A stretch of DNA of 64,000 nucleotides, taken from contig OZ059894.1 in NCBI GenBank assembly GCA_964057225.1, forward strand, positions 19,468,001-19,532,000, given 5' to 3'. This stretch comes from Auanema rhodensis. Lineage: Eukaryota > Animalia > Nematoda. Shown piece by piece: positions 39,601 to 52,800 of this stretch (its first letter is position 1; every line of letters begins with the position of its first letter). A model generated the notes under the pieces. The model searched no databases, had not been told where the DNA came from, and was given only the letters and a program-made list of their open reading frames with translations. Position numbers and translations under genes: made by a program.

Positions 39601-42600
39601 AGAATAATTTAGCAAAAAGTAGATGTTTTTAGATTCCATTTTTCAAGGCAAAGACGATGGACAATGTTATTCAACGAAAAAATTAATTCTTCAGGGTGAA
39701 AATCGAGGATATAAGTGTGAACTTATATCAGTTGATATCTCGGTGCATTTTTAAGCTAGCGCAAATCTGATAACACAGAACGACGCAGCTTAAAAATCCG
39801 CATCGAATGCACTATACTACATTGAGAAACGCTTAATACAAAAATTAGTTATGATCGTTTGAAAAATGATGCATTAGTGTATGTTGAGTTTCCATGTACA
39901 CTCAACATTGCTTCCAAAAACATTTTGACAAAAATTTTTTCGAAAAATTTCAGAATAATTTAGCAAAAAGTAGATGTTTTTAGATTCCATTTTTCAGGGC
40001 AAAGACGATGGACAATGTTATTCAACGAAAAAATTAATTCTTCAGGGTGAAAATCGAAGATATAAGTGTGAACTTATATCAGTTGATATCTCGGTGCATT
40101 TTTAAGCTAGCGCAAATCTGATAACACAGAACGACGCAGCTTAAAAATCCGCATCGAATGCACTATACTACATTGAGAAACGCTTAATACAAAAATTAGT
40201 TATGATCGTTTGAAAAATGATGCATTAGTGTATGTTGAGTTTCCATGTACACTCAACATTGCTTCCAAAAACATTTTGACAAAAATTTTTTCGAAAAATT
40301 TCAGAATAATTTAGCAAAAAGTAGATGTTTTTAGATTCCATTTTTCAAGGCAAAGACGATGGACAATGTTATTCAACGAAAAAATTAATTCTTCAGGGTG
40401 AAAATCGAGGATATAAGTGTGAACTTATATCAGTTGATATCTCGGTGCATTTTCAAGCTAGCGCAAATCTGATAACACAGATCGACGCAGCTTAAAAATC
40501 CGCATCGAATGCACTATACTACATTGAGAAACGCTTTATACAAAAATTAGTTATGATCGTTTGAAAAATGATGCGTTAGTGTATGTTGAGTTTCCATGTA
40601 CACTCAACATTGCTTCCAAAAACATTTTGACAAAAATTTTTTCGAAAAATTTCAAAATAATTTAGCGAAAAGTAGATGTTTTTAGATTTCTTTTTTCAAG
40701 GCAAAGACGATGGACAATGTTATTCAACGAAAAAATTATTTCTTCAGGGTGAAAATCGAGGATATAAGTGTGAACTTGTATCAGTTGATATCTCGGTGCA
40801 TTTTTAAGCTAGCGCAAATCTGATAACACAGATCGACGCAGCTTAAAAATCCGCATCGAATGCACTATACTACATTGAGAAACGCTTAATACAAAAATTA
40901 GTTATGATCGTTTGAAAAATGATGCGTTAGTGTATGTTGAGTTTCCATGTACACTCAACATTGCTTCCAAAAACATTTTGACAAAAATTTTTTCGAAAAA
41001 TTTCAAAATAATTTAGCGAAAAGTAGATGTTTTTAGATTTCTTTTTTCAAGGCAAAGACGATGGACAATGTTATTCAACGAAAAAATTATTTCTTCAGGG
41101 TGAAAATCGAGGATATAAGTGTGAACTTGTATCAGTTGATATCTCGGTGCATTTTTAAGCTAGCGCAAATCTGATAACACAGATCGACGCAGCTTAAAAA
41201 TCCGCATCGAATGCACTATACTACATTGAGAAACGCTTAATACAAAAATTAGTTATGATCGTTTGAAAAATGATGCGTTAGTGTATGTTGAGTTTCCATG
41301 TACACTCAACATTGCTTCCAAAAACATTTTGACAAAAATTTTTTCGAAAAATTTCGAAATAATTTAGCAAAAAGTAGATGTTTTTAGATTCCATTTTTCA
41401 TGGCAAAGACGATGGACAATGTTATTCAACGAAAAAATTAATTCTTCAGGGTGAAAATCGAGGATATAAGTGTGAACTTATATCAGTTGATATCTCGGTG
41501 CATTTTTAAGCTAGCGCAAATCTGATAACACAGATCGACGCAGCTTAAAAATCCGCATCGAATGCACTATACTACATTGAGAAACGCTTAATACAAAAAT
41601 TAGTTATGATCGTTTGAAAAATGATGCATTAGTGTATGTTGAGTTTCCATGTACACTCAACATTGCTTCCAAAAACATTTTGACAAAAATTTTTTCGAAA
41701 AATTTCAGAATAATTTAGCAAAAAGTAGATGTTTTTAGATTCCATTTTTCAAGGCAAAGACGATGAACAATGTTATTCAACAAAAAAATTAATTCTTCAG
41801 GGTGAAAATCGAGGATATAAGTGTGAACTTATATCAGTTGATATCTCGGTGCATTTTTAAGCTAGCGCAAATCTGATAACACAGAACGACGCAGCTTAAA
41901 AATTCGCATCGAATGCACTATACTACATTGAGAAACGCTTAATACAAAAATTAGTTATGATCGTTTGAAAAATGATGCATTAGTGTATGTTGAGTTTCCA
42001 TGTACACTCAACATTGCTTCCAAAAACATTTTGACAAAAATTTTTTCGAAAAATTTCAGAATAATTTAGCAAAAAGTAGATGTTTTTAGATTCCATTTCT
42101 CAAGGCAAAGACGATGGACAATGTTATTCAACGAAAAAATTAATTTTTCAGGGTGAAAATCGAGGATATAAGTGTGAACTTATATCAGTTGATATCTCGG
42201 TGCATTTTTAAGCTAGCGCAAATCTGATAACACAGATCGACGCAGCTTAAAAATCCGCATCGAATGCACTATACTACATTGAGAAACGCTTAATACAAAA
42301 ATTAGTTATGATCGTTTGAAAAATGATGCATTAGTGTATGTTGAGTTTCCATGTACACTCAACATTGCTTCCAAAAACATTTTGACAAAAATTTTTTCGA
42401 AAAATTTCAAAATAATTTAGCAAAAAGTAGATGTTTTTAGATTCCTTTTTTCAAGGCAAAGACGATGGACAATGTTATTCAACGAAAAAATTAATTCTTC
42501 AGGGTGAAAATCGAGGATATAAGTGTGAACTTATATCAGTTGAGATCTCGGTGCATTTTTAAGCTAGCGCAAATCTGATAACACAGAACGACGCAGCTTA

Positions 42601-43199
42601 AAAATTCGCATCGAATGCACTATACTACATTGAGAAACGCTTAATACAAAAATTAGTTATGATCGTTTGAAAAATGATGCATTAGTGTATGTTGAGTTTC
42701 CATGTACACTCAACATTGCTTCCAAAAACATTTTGAAAAAAATTTTTTCGAAAAATTTCGAAATAATTTAGCAAAGAGTAGATGTTTTTAGATTCCATTT
42801 TTCAAGGCAAAGACGATGGACAATGTTATTCAACGAAAAAATTAATTCTTCAGGGTGAAAATCGAGGATATAAGTGTGAACTTATATCAGTTGATATCTC
42901 GGTGCATTTTTAAGCTAGCGCAAATCTGATAACACAGATCGACGCAGCTTAAAAATCCGCATCGAATGCACTATAGTACATTGAGAAACGCTTAATACAA
43001 AAATTAGTTATGATCGTTTGAAAAATGATGCATTAGTGTATGTTGAGTTTCCATGTACACTCAACATTGCTTCCAAAAACATTTTGACAAAAATTTTTTC
43101 GAAAAATTTCGAAATAATTTTGCAAAAAGTAGATGTTTTTAGATTCCATTTTTCAAGGCAAAGACGATGGACAATGTTATTCAACGAAAAAATTAATTC

Positions 43200-46100
43200 T
43201 TCAGGGTGAAAATCGAGGATATAAGTGTGAACTTATATCAGTTGATATCTCGGTGCATTTTTAAGCTAGCGCAAATCTGATAACACAGAACGACGCAGCT
43301 TAAAAATCCGCATCGAATGCACTATACTACATTGAGAAACGCTTAATACAAAAATTAGTTATGATCGTTTGAAAAATGATGCATTAGTGTATGTTGAGTT
43401 TCCATGTACACTCAACATTGCTTCCAAAAACATTTTGACAAAAATTTTTTCGAAAAATTTCAGAATAATTTAGCAAAAAGTAGATGTTTTTAGATTCCAT
43501 TTTTCAAGGCAAAGACGATGGACAATGTTATTCAACGAAAAAATTAATTCTTCAGGGTGAAAATCGAGGATATAAGTGTGAACTTATATCAGTTGATATC
43601 TCGGTGCATTTTCAAGCTAGCGCAAATCTGATAACACAGATCGACGCAGCTTAAAAATCCGCATCGAATGCACTATACTACATTGAGAAACGCTTAATAC
43701 AAAAATTAGTTATGATCGTTTGAAAAATGATGCGTTAGTGTATGTTGAGTTTCCATGTACACTCAACATTGCTTCCAAAAACATTTTGACAAAAATTTTT
43801 TCGAAAAATTTCGAAATAATTAAGCAAAAAGTAGATGTTTTTAGATTCCATTTTTCAAGGCAAAGACGATGGACAATGTTATTCAACGAAAAAATTAATT
43901 CTTCAGGGTGAAAATCGAGGATATAAGTGTGAACTTATATCAGTTGATATCTCGGTGCATTTTTAAGCTAGCGCAAATCTGATAACACAGATCGACGCAG
44001 CTTAAAAATCCGCATCGAATGCACTATACTACATTGAGAAACGCTTAATACAAAAATTAGTTATGATCGTTTGAAAAATGATGCATTAGTGTATGTTGAG
44101 TTTCCATGTACACTCAACATTGCTTCCAAAAACATTTTGACAAAAATTTTTTCGAAAAATTTCAAAATAATTTAGCAAAAAGTAGATGTTTTTAGATTCC
44201 TTTTTTCAAGGCAAAGACGATGGACAATGTTATTCAACGAAAAAATTAATTCTTCAGGGTGAAAATCGAGGATATAAGTGTGAACTTATATCAGTTGAGA
44301 TCTCGGTGCATTTTTAAGCTAGCGCAAATCTGATAACACAGAACGACGCAGCTTAAAAATTCGCATCGAATGCACTATACTACATTGAGAAACGCTTAAT
44401 ACAAAAATTAGTTATGATCGTTTGAAAAATGATGCATTAGTGTATGTTGAGTTTCCATGTACACTCAACATTGCTTCCAAAAACATTTTGACAAAAATTT
44501 TTTCGAAAAATTTCAGAATAATTTAGCAAAAAGTAGATGTTTTTAGATTCCATTTTTCAAGGCAAAGACGATGGACAATGTTATTCAACGAAAAAATTAA
44601 TTCTTCAGGGTGAAAATCGAGGATATAAGTGTGAACTTATATCAGTTGATATCTCGGTGCATTTTTAAGCTAGCGCAAATCTGATAACACAGAACGACGC
44701 AGCTTAAAAATCCGCATCGAATGCACTATACTACATTGAGAAACGCTTAATACAAAAATTAGTTATGATCGTTTGAAAAATGATGCATTAGTGTATGTTG
44801 AGTTTCCATGTACACTCAACATTGCTTCCAAAAACATTTTGACAAAAATTTTTTCGAAAAATTTCAGAATAATTTAGCAAAAAGTAGATGTTTTTAGATT
44901 CCATTTTTCAGGGCAAAGACGATGGACAATGTTATTCAACGAAAAAATTAATTCTTCAGGGTGAAAATCGAAGATATAAGTGTGAACTTATATCAGTTGA
45001 TATCTCGGTGCATTTTTAAGCTAGCGCAAATCTGATAACACAGAACGACGCAGCTTAAAAATCCGCATCGAATGCACTATACTACATTGAGAAACGCTTA
45101 ATACAAAAATTAGTTATGATCGTTTGAAAAATGATGCATTAGTGTATGTTGAGTTTCCATGTACACTCAACATTGCTTCCAAAAACATTTTGACAAAAAT
45201 TTTTTCGAAAAATTTCAGAATAATTTAGCAAAAAGTAGATGTTTTTAGATTCCATTTTTCAAGGCAAAGACGATGGACAATGTTATTCAACGAAAAAATT
45301 AATTCTTCAGGGTGAAAATCGAGGATATAAGTGTGAACTTATATCAGTTGATATCTCGGTGCATTTTCAAGCTAGCGCAAATCTGATAACACAGATCGAC
45401 GCAGCTTAAAAATCCGCATCGAATGCACTATACTACATTGAGAAACGCTTAATACAAAAATTAGTTATGATCGTTTGAAAAATGATGCGTTAGTGTATGT
45501 TGAGTTTCCATGTACACTCAACATTGCTTCCAAAAACATTTTGACAAGAATTTTTTCGAAAAATTTCAAAATAATTTAGCAAAAAGTAGATGTTTTTAGA
45601 TTCCTTTTTTCAAGGCAAAGACGATGGACAATGTTATTCAACGAAAAAATTAATTCTTCAGGGTGAAAATCGAGGATATAAGTGTGAACTTATATCAGTT
45701 GATATCTCGGTGCATTTTTAAGCTAGCGCAAATCTGATAACACAGAACGACGCAGCTTAAAAATTCGCATCGAATGCACTATACTACATTGAGAAACGCT
45801 TAATACAAAAATTAGTTATGATCGTTTGAAAAATGATGCATTAGTGTATGTTGAGTTTCCATGTACACTCAACATTGCTTCCAAAAACATTTTGACAAGA
45901 ATTTTTTCGAAAAATTTCAAAATAATTTAGCAAAAAGTAGATGTTTTTAGATTCCTTTTTTCAAGGCAAAGACGATGGACAATGTTATTCAACGAAAAAA
46001 TTAATTCTTCAGGGTGAAAATCGAGGATATAAGTGTGAACTTATATCAGTTGAGATCTCGGTGCATTTTTAAGCTAGCGCAAATCTGATAACACAGAACG

Positions 46101-49100
46101 ACGCAGCTTAAAAATTCGCATCGAATGCACTATACTACATTGAGAAACGCTTAATACAAAAATTAGTTATGATCGTTTGAAAAATGATGCATTAGTGTAT
46201 GTTGAGTTTCCATGTACACTCAACATTGCTTCCAAAAACATTTTGACAAAAATTTTTTCGAAAAATTTCAAAATAATTTAGCAAAAAGTAGATGTTTTTA
46301 GATTCCTTTTTTCAAGGCAAAGACGATGGACAATGTTATTCAACGAAAAAATTAATTCTTCAGGGTGAAAATCGAGGATATAAGTGTGAACTTATATCAG
46401 TTGATATCTCGGTGCATTTTTAAGCTAGCGCAAATCTGATAACACAGAACGACGCAGCTTAAAAATTCGCATCGAATGCACTATACTACATTGAGAAACG
46501 CTTAATACAAAAATTAGTTATGATCGTTTGAAAAATGATGCATTAGTGTATGTTGAGTTTCCATGTACACTCAACATTGCTTCCAAAAACATTTTGACAA
46601 GAATTTTTTCGAAAAATTTCAGAATAATTTAGCAAAAAGTAGATGTTTTTAGATTCCATTTTTCAAGGCAAAGACGATGGACAATGTTATTCAACGAAAA
46701 AATTAATTCTTCAGGGTGAAAATCGAGGATATAAGTGTGAACTTATATCAGTTGAGATCTCGGTGCATTTTTAAGCTAGCGCAAATCTGATAACACAGAA
46801 CGACGCAGCTTAAAAATCCGCATCGAATGCACTATACTACATTGAGAGACGCTTAATACAAAAATTAGTTATGATCGTTTGAAAAATGATGCATTAGTGT
46901 ATGTTGAGTTTCCATGTACACTCAACATTGCTTCCAAAAACATTTTGACAAAAATTTTTTCGAAAAATTTCAGAATAATTTAGCAAAAAATAGATGTTTT
47001 TAGATTCCATTTTTCAAGGCAAAGACGATGGACAATGTTATTCAACGAAAAAATTAATTCTTCAGGGTGAAAATCGAGGATATAAGTGTGAACTTATATC
47101 AGTTGATATCTCGGTGCATTTTCAAGCTAGCGCAAATCTGATAACACAGATCGACGCAGCTTAAAAATCCGCATCGAATGCACTATACTACATTGAGAAA
47201 CGCTTAATACAAAAATTAGTTATGATCGTTTGAAAAATGATGCGTTAGTGTATGTTGAGTTTCCATGTACACTCAACATTGCTTCCAAAAACATTTTGAC
47301 AAAAATTTTTTCGAAAAATTTCGAAATAATTAAGCAAAAAGTAGATGTTTTTAGATTCCATTTTTCAAGGCAAAGACGATGGACAATGTTATTCAACGAA
47401 AAAATTAATTCTTCAGGGTGAAAATCGAGGATATAAGTGTGAACTTATATCAGTTGATATCTCGGTGCATTTTTAAGCTAGCGCAAATCTGATAACACAG
47501 ATCGACGCAGCTTAAAAATCCGCATCGAATGCACTATACTACATTGAGAAACGCTTAATACAAAAATTAGTTATGATCGTTTGAAAAATGATGCATTAGT
47601 GTATGTTGAGTTTCCATGTACACTCAACATTGCTTCCAAAAACATTTTGACAAAAATTTTTTCGAAAAATTTCAAAATAATTTAGCAAAAAGTAGATGTT
47701 TTTAGATTCCTTTTTTCAAGGCAAAGACGATGGACAATGTTATTCAACGAAAAAATTAATTCTTCAGGGTGAAAATCGAGGATATAAGTGTGAACTTATA
47801 TCAGTTGAGATCTCGGTGCATTTTTAAGCTAGCGCAAATCTGATAACACAGAACGACGCAGCTTAAAAATTCGCATCGAATGCACTATACTACATTGAGA
47901 AACGCTTAATACAAAAATTAGTTATGATCGTTTGAAAAATGATGCATTAGTGTATGTTGAGTTTCCATGTACACTCAACATTGCTTCCAAAAACATTTTG
48001 ACAAAAATTTTTTCGAAAAATTTCAAAATAATTTAGCAAAAAGTAGATGTTTTTAGATTCCTTTTTTCAAGGCAAAGACGATGGACAATGTTATTCAACG
48101 AAAAAATTAATTCTTCAGGGTGAAAATCGAGGATATAAGTGTGAACTTATATCAGTTGATATCTCGGTGCATTTTTAAGCTAGCGCAAATCTGATAACAC
48201 AGAACGACGCAGCTTAAAAATTCGCATCGAATGCACTATACTACATTGAGAAACGCTTAATACAAAAATTAGTTATGATTGTTTGAAAAATGATGCATTA
48301 GTGTATGTTGAGTTTCCATGTACACTCAACATTGCTTCCAAAAACATTTTGACAAGAATTTTTTCGAAAAATTTCAGAATAATTTAGCAAAAAGTAGATG
48401 TTTTTAGATTCCATTTTTCAAGGCAAAGACGATGGACAATGTTATTCAACGAAAAAATTAATTCTTCAGGGTGAAAATCGAGGATATAAGTGTGAACTTA
48501 TATCAGTTGAGATCTCGGTGCATTTTTAAGCTAGCGCAAATCTGATAACACAGAACGACGCAGCTTAAAAATCCGCATCGAATGCACTATACTACATTGA
48601 GAAACGCTTAATACAAAAATTAGTTATGATCGTTTGAAAAATGATGCATTAGTGTATGTTGAGTTTCCATGTACACTCAACATTGCTTCCAAAAACATTT
48701 TGACAAAAATTTTTTCGAAAAATTTCAGAATAATTTAGCAAAAAGTAGATGTTTTTAGATTCCATTTTTCAAGGCAAAGACGATGGACAATGTTATTCAA
48801 CGAAAAAATTAATTCTTCAGGGTGAAAATCGAGGATATAAGTGTGAACTTATATCAGTTGAGATCTCGGTGCATTTTTAAGCTAGCGCAAATCTGATAAC
48901 ACAGAACGACGCAGCTTAAAAATCCGCATCGAATGCACTATACTACATTGAGAAACGCTTAATACAAAAATTAGTTATGATCGTTTGAAAAATGATGCAT
49001 TAGTGTATGTTGAGTTTCCATGTACACTCAACATTGCTTCCAAAAACATTTTGACAAAAATTTTTTCGAAAAATTTCAGAATAATTTAGCAAAAAGTAGA

Positions 49101-52100
49101 TGTTTTTAGATTCCATTTTTCAAGGCAAAGACGATGGACAATGTTATTCAACGAAAAAATTAATTCTTCAGGGTGAAAATCGAGGATATAAGTGTGAACT
49201 TATATCAGTTGATATCTCGGTGCATTTTTAAGCTAGCGCAAATCTGATAACACAGATCAACGCAGCTTATAAATCCGCATCGAATGCACTATACTACATT
49301 GAGAAACGCTTAATACAAAAATTAGTTATGATCGTTTGAAAAATGATGCATTAGTGTATGTTGAGTTTTCATGTACACTCAACATTGCTTCCAAAAACAT
49401 TTTGACAAAAATTTTTTCGAGAAATTTCAAAATAATTTAGCAAAAAGTAGATGTTTTTAGATTCCATTTTTCAAGGCAAAGACGATGGACAATGTTATTC
49501 AACGAAAAAATTAATTCTTCAGGGTGAAAATCGAGGATATAAGTGTGAACTTATATCAGTTGATATCTCGGTGCATTTTTAAGCTAGCGCAAATCTGATA
49601 ACACAGAACGACGCAGCTTAAAAATCCGCATCGAATGCACTATACTACATTGAGAAACGCTTAATACAAAAATTAGTTATGATCGTTTGAAAAATGATGC
49701 ATTAGTGTATGTTGAGTTTCCATGTACACTCAACATTGCTTCCAAAAACATTTTGACAAAAATTTTTTCGAAAAATTTCAGAATAATTTAGCAAAAAGTA
49801 GATGTTTTTAGATTCCATTTTTCAAGGCAAAGACGATGGACAATGTTATTCAACGAAAAAATTAATTCTTCAGGGTGAAAATCGAGGATATAAGTGTGAA
49901 CTTATATCAGTTGATATCTCGGTGCATTTTCAAGCTAGCGCAAATCTGATAACACAGATCAACGCAGCTTAAAAATCCGCATCGAATGCACTATACTACA
50001 TTGAGAAACGCTTAATACAAAAATTAGTTATGATCGTTTGAAAAATGATGCATTAGTGTATGTTGAGTTTTCATGTACACTCAACATTGCTTCCAAAAAC
50101 ATTTTGACAAAAATTTTTTCGAGAAATTTCAAAATAATTTAGCAAAAAGTAGATGTTTTTAGATTCCATTTTTCAAGGCAAAGACGATGGACAATGTTAT
50201 TCAACGAAAAAATTAATTCTTCAGGGTGAAAATCGAGGATATAAGTGTGAACTTATATCAGTTGATATCTCGGTGCATTTTTAAGCTAGCGCAAATCTGA
50301 TAACACAGAACGACGCAGCTTAAAAATCCGCATCGAATGCACTATACTACATTGAGAAACGCTTAATACAAAAATTAGTTATGATCGTTTGAAAAATGAT
50401 GCATTAGTGTATGTTGAGTTTCCATGTACACTCAACATTGCTTCCAAAAACATTTTGACAAAAATTTTTTCGAAAAATTTCAGAATAATTTAGCAAAAAG
50501 TAGATGTTTTTAGATTCCATTTTTCAAGGCAAAGACGATGGACAATGTTATTCAACGAAAAAATTAATTCTTCAGGGTGAAAATCGAGGATATAAGTGTG
50601 AACTTATATCAGTTGATATCTCGGTGCATTTTCAAGCTAGCGCAAATCTGATAACACAGATCGACGCAGCTTAAAAATCCGCATCGAATGCACTATACTA
50701 CATTGAGAAACGCTTAATACAAAAATTAGTTATGATCGTTTGAAAAATGATGCGTTAGTGTATGTTGAGTTTCCATGTACACTCAACATTGCTTCCAAAA
50801 ACATTTTGACAAAAATTTTTTCGAAAAATTTCGAAATAATTAAGCAAAAAGTAGATGTTTTTAGATTCCATTTTTCAAGGCAAAGACGATGGACAATGTT
50901 ATTCAACGAAAAAATTAATTCTTCAGGGTGAAAATCGAGGATATAAGTGTGAACTTATATCAGTTGATATCTCGGTGCATTTTTAAGCTAGCGCAAATCT
51001 GATAACACAGATCGACGCAGCTTAAAAATCCGCATCGAATGCACTATACTACATTGAGAAACGCTTAATACAAAAATTAGTTATGATCGTTTGAAAAATG
51101 ATGCATTAGTGTATGTTGAGTTTCCATGTACACTCAACATTGCTTCCAAAAACATTTTGACAAAAATTTTTTCGAAAAATTTCAAAATAATTTAGCAAAA
51201 AGTAGATGTTTTTAGATTCCTTTTTTCAAGGCAAAGACGATGGACAATGTTATTCAACGAAAAAATTAATTCTTCAGGGTGAAAATCGAGGATATAAGTG
51301 TTAACTTATATCAGTTGAGATCTCGGTGCATTTTTAAGCTAGCGCAAATCTGATAACACAGAACGACGCAGCTTAAAAATTCGCATCGAATGCACTATAC
51401 TACATTGAGAAACGCTTAATACAAAAATTAGTTATGATCGTTTGAAAAATGATGCATTAGTGTATGTTGAGTTTCCATGTACACTCAACATTGCTTCCAA
51501 AAACATTTTGACAAAAATTTTTTCGAAAAATTTCAAAATAATTTAGCAAAAAGTAGATGTTTTTAGATTCCTTTTTTCAAGGCAAAGACGATGGACAATG
51601 TTATTCAACGAAAAAATTAATTCTTCAGGGTGAAAATCGAGGATATAAGTGTGAACTTATATCAGTTGATATCTCGGTGCATTTTTAAGCTAGCGCAAAT
51701 CTGATAACACAGAACGACGCAGCTTAAAAATTCGCATCGAATGCACTATACTACATTGAGAAACGCTTAATACAAAAATTAGTTATGATCGTTTGAAAAA
51801 TGATGCATTAGTGTATGTTGAGTTTCCATGTACACTCAACATTGCTTCCAAAAACATTTTGACAAGAATTTTTTCGAAAAATTTCAGAATAATTTAGCAA
51901 AAAGTAGATGTTTTTAGATTCCATTTTTCAAGGCAAAGACGATGGACAATGTTATTCAACGAAAAAATTAATTCTTCAGGGTGAAAATCGAGGATATAAG
52001 TGTGAACTTATATCAGTTGAGATCTCGGTGCATTTTTAAGCTAGCGCAAATCTGATAACACAGAACGACGCAGCTTAAAAATCCGCATCGAATGCACTAT

Positions 52101-52800
52101 ACTACATTGAGAAACGCTTAATACAAAAATTAGTTATGATCGTTTGAAAAATGATGCATTAGTGTATGTTGAGTTTCCATGTACACTCAACATTGCTTCC
52201 AAAAACATTTTGACAAAAATTTTTTCGAAAAATTTCAGAATAATTTAGCAAAAAGTAGATGTTTTTAGATTCCATTTTTCAAGGCAAAGACGATGGACAA
52301 TGTTATTCAACGAAAAAATTAATTCTTCAGGGTGAAAATCGAGGATATAAGTGTGAACTTATATCAGTTGAGATCTCGGTGCATTTTTAAGCTAGCGCAA
52401 ATCTGATAACACAGAACGACGCAGCTTAAAAATCCGCATCGAATGCACTATACTACATTGAGAAACGCTTAATACAAAAATTAGTTATGATCGTTTGAAA
52501 AATGATGCATTAGTGTATGTTGAGTTTCCATGTACACTCAACATTGCTTCCAAAAACATTTTGACAAAAATTTTTTCGAAAAATTTCAGAATAATTTAGC
52601 AAAAAGTAGATGTTTTTAGATTCCATTTTTCAAGGCAAAGACGATGGACAATGTTATTCAACGAAAAAATTAATTCTTCAGGGTGAAAATCGAGGATATA
52701 AGTGTGAACTTATATCAGTTGATATCTCGGTGCATTTTTAAGCTAGCGCAAATCTGATAACACAGATCGACGCAGCTTATAAATCCGCATCGAATGCACT
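43200..52800. repeat. Imperfect 10-monomer (3510-bp) higher-order periodicity
   Basis: AATTAAGC at 43822/47332/50842, TTTTCAAGCT at 43613/47123/50633, GAGATC at 44299/47809/51319, GACAAG at 48356/51866 and GCTTAT at 49270/52780. Confidence 0.85.

Noticed and set aside
43018-50931. Four 63-aa ORFs as protein-coding genes
   Set aside because: They are satellite monomers with a single stop-loss substitution. They start at TTG, have no recognisable domain, and the other ~178 copies keep the in-frame TAG.
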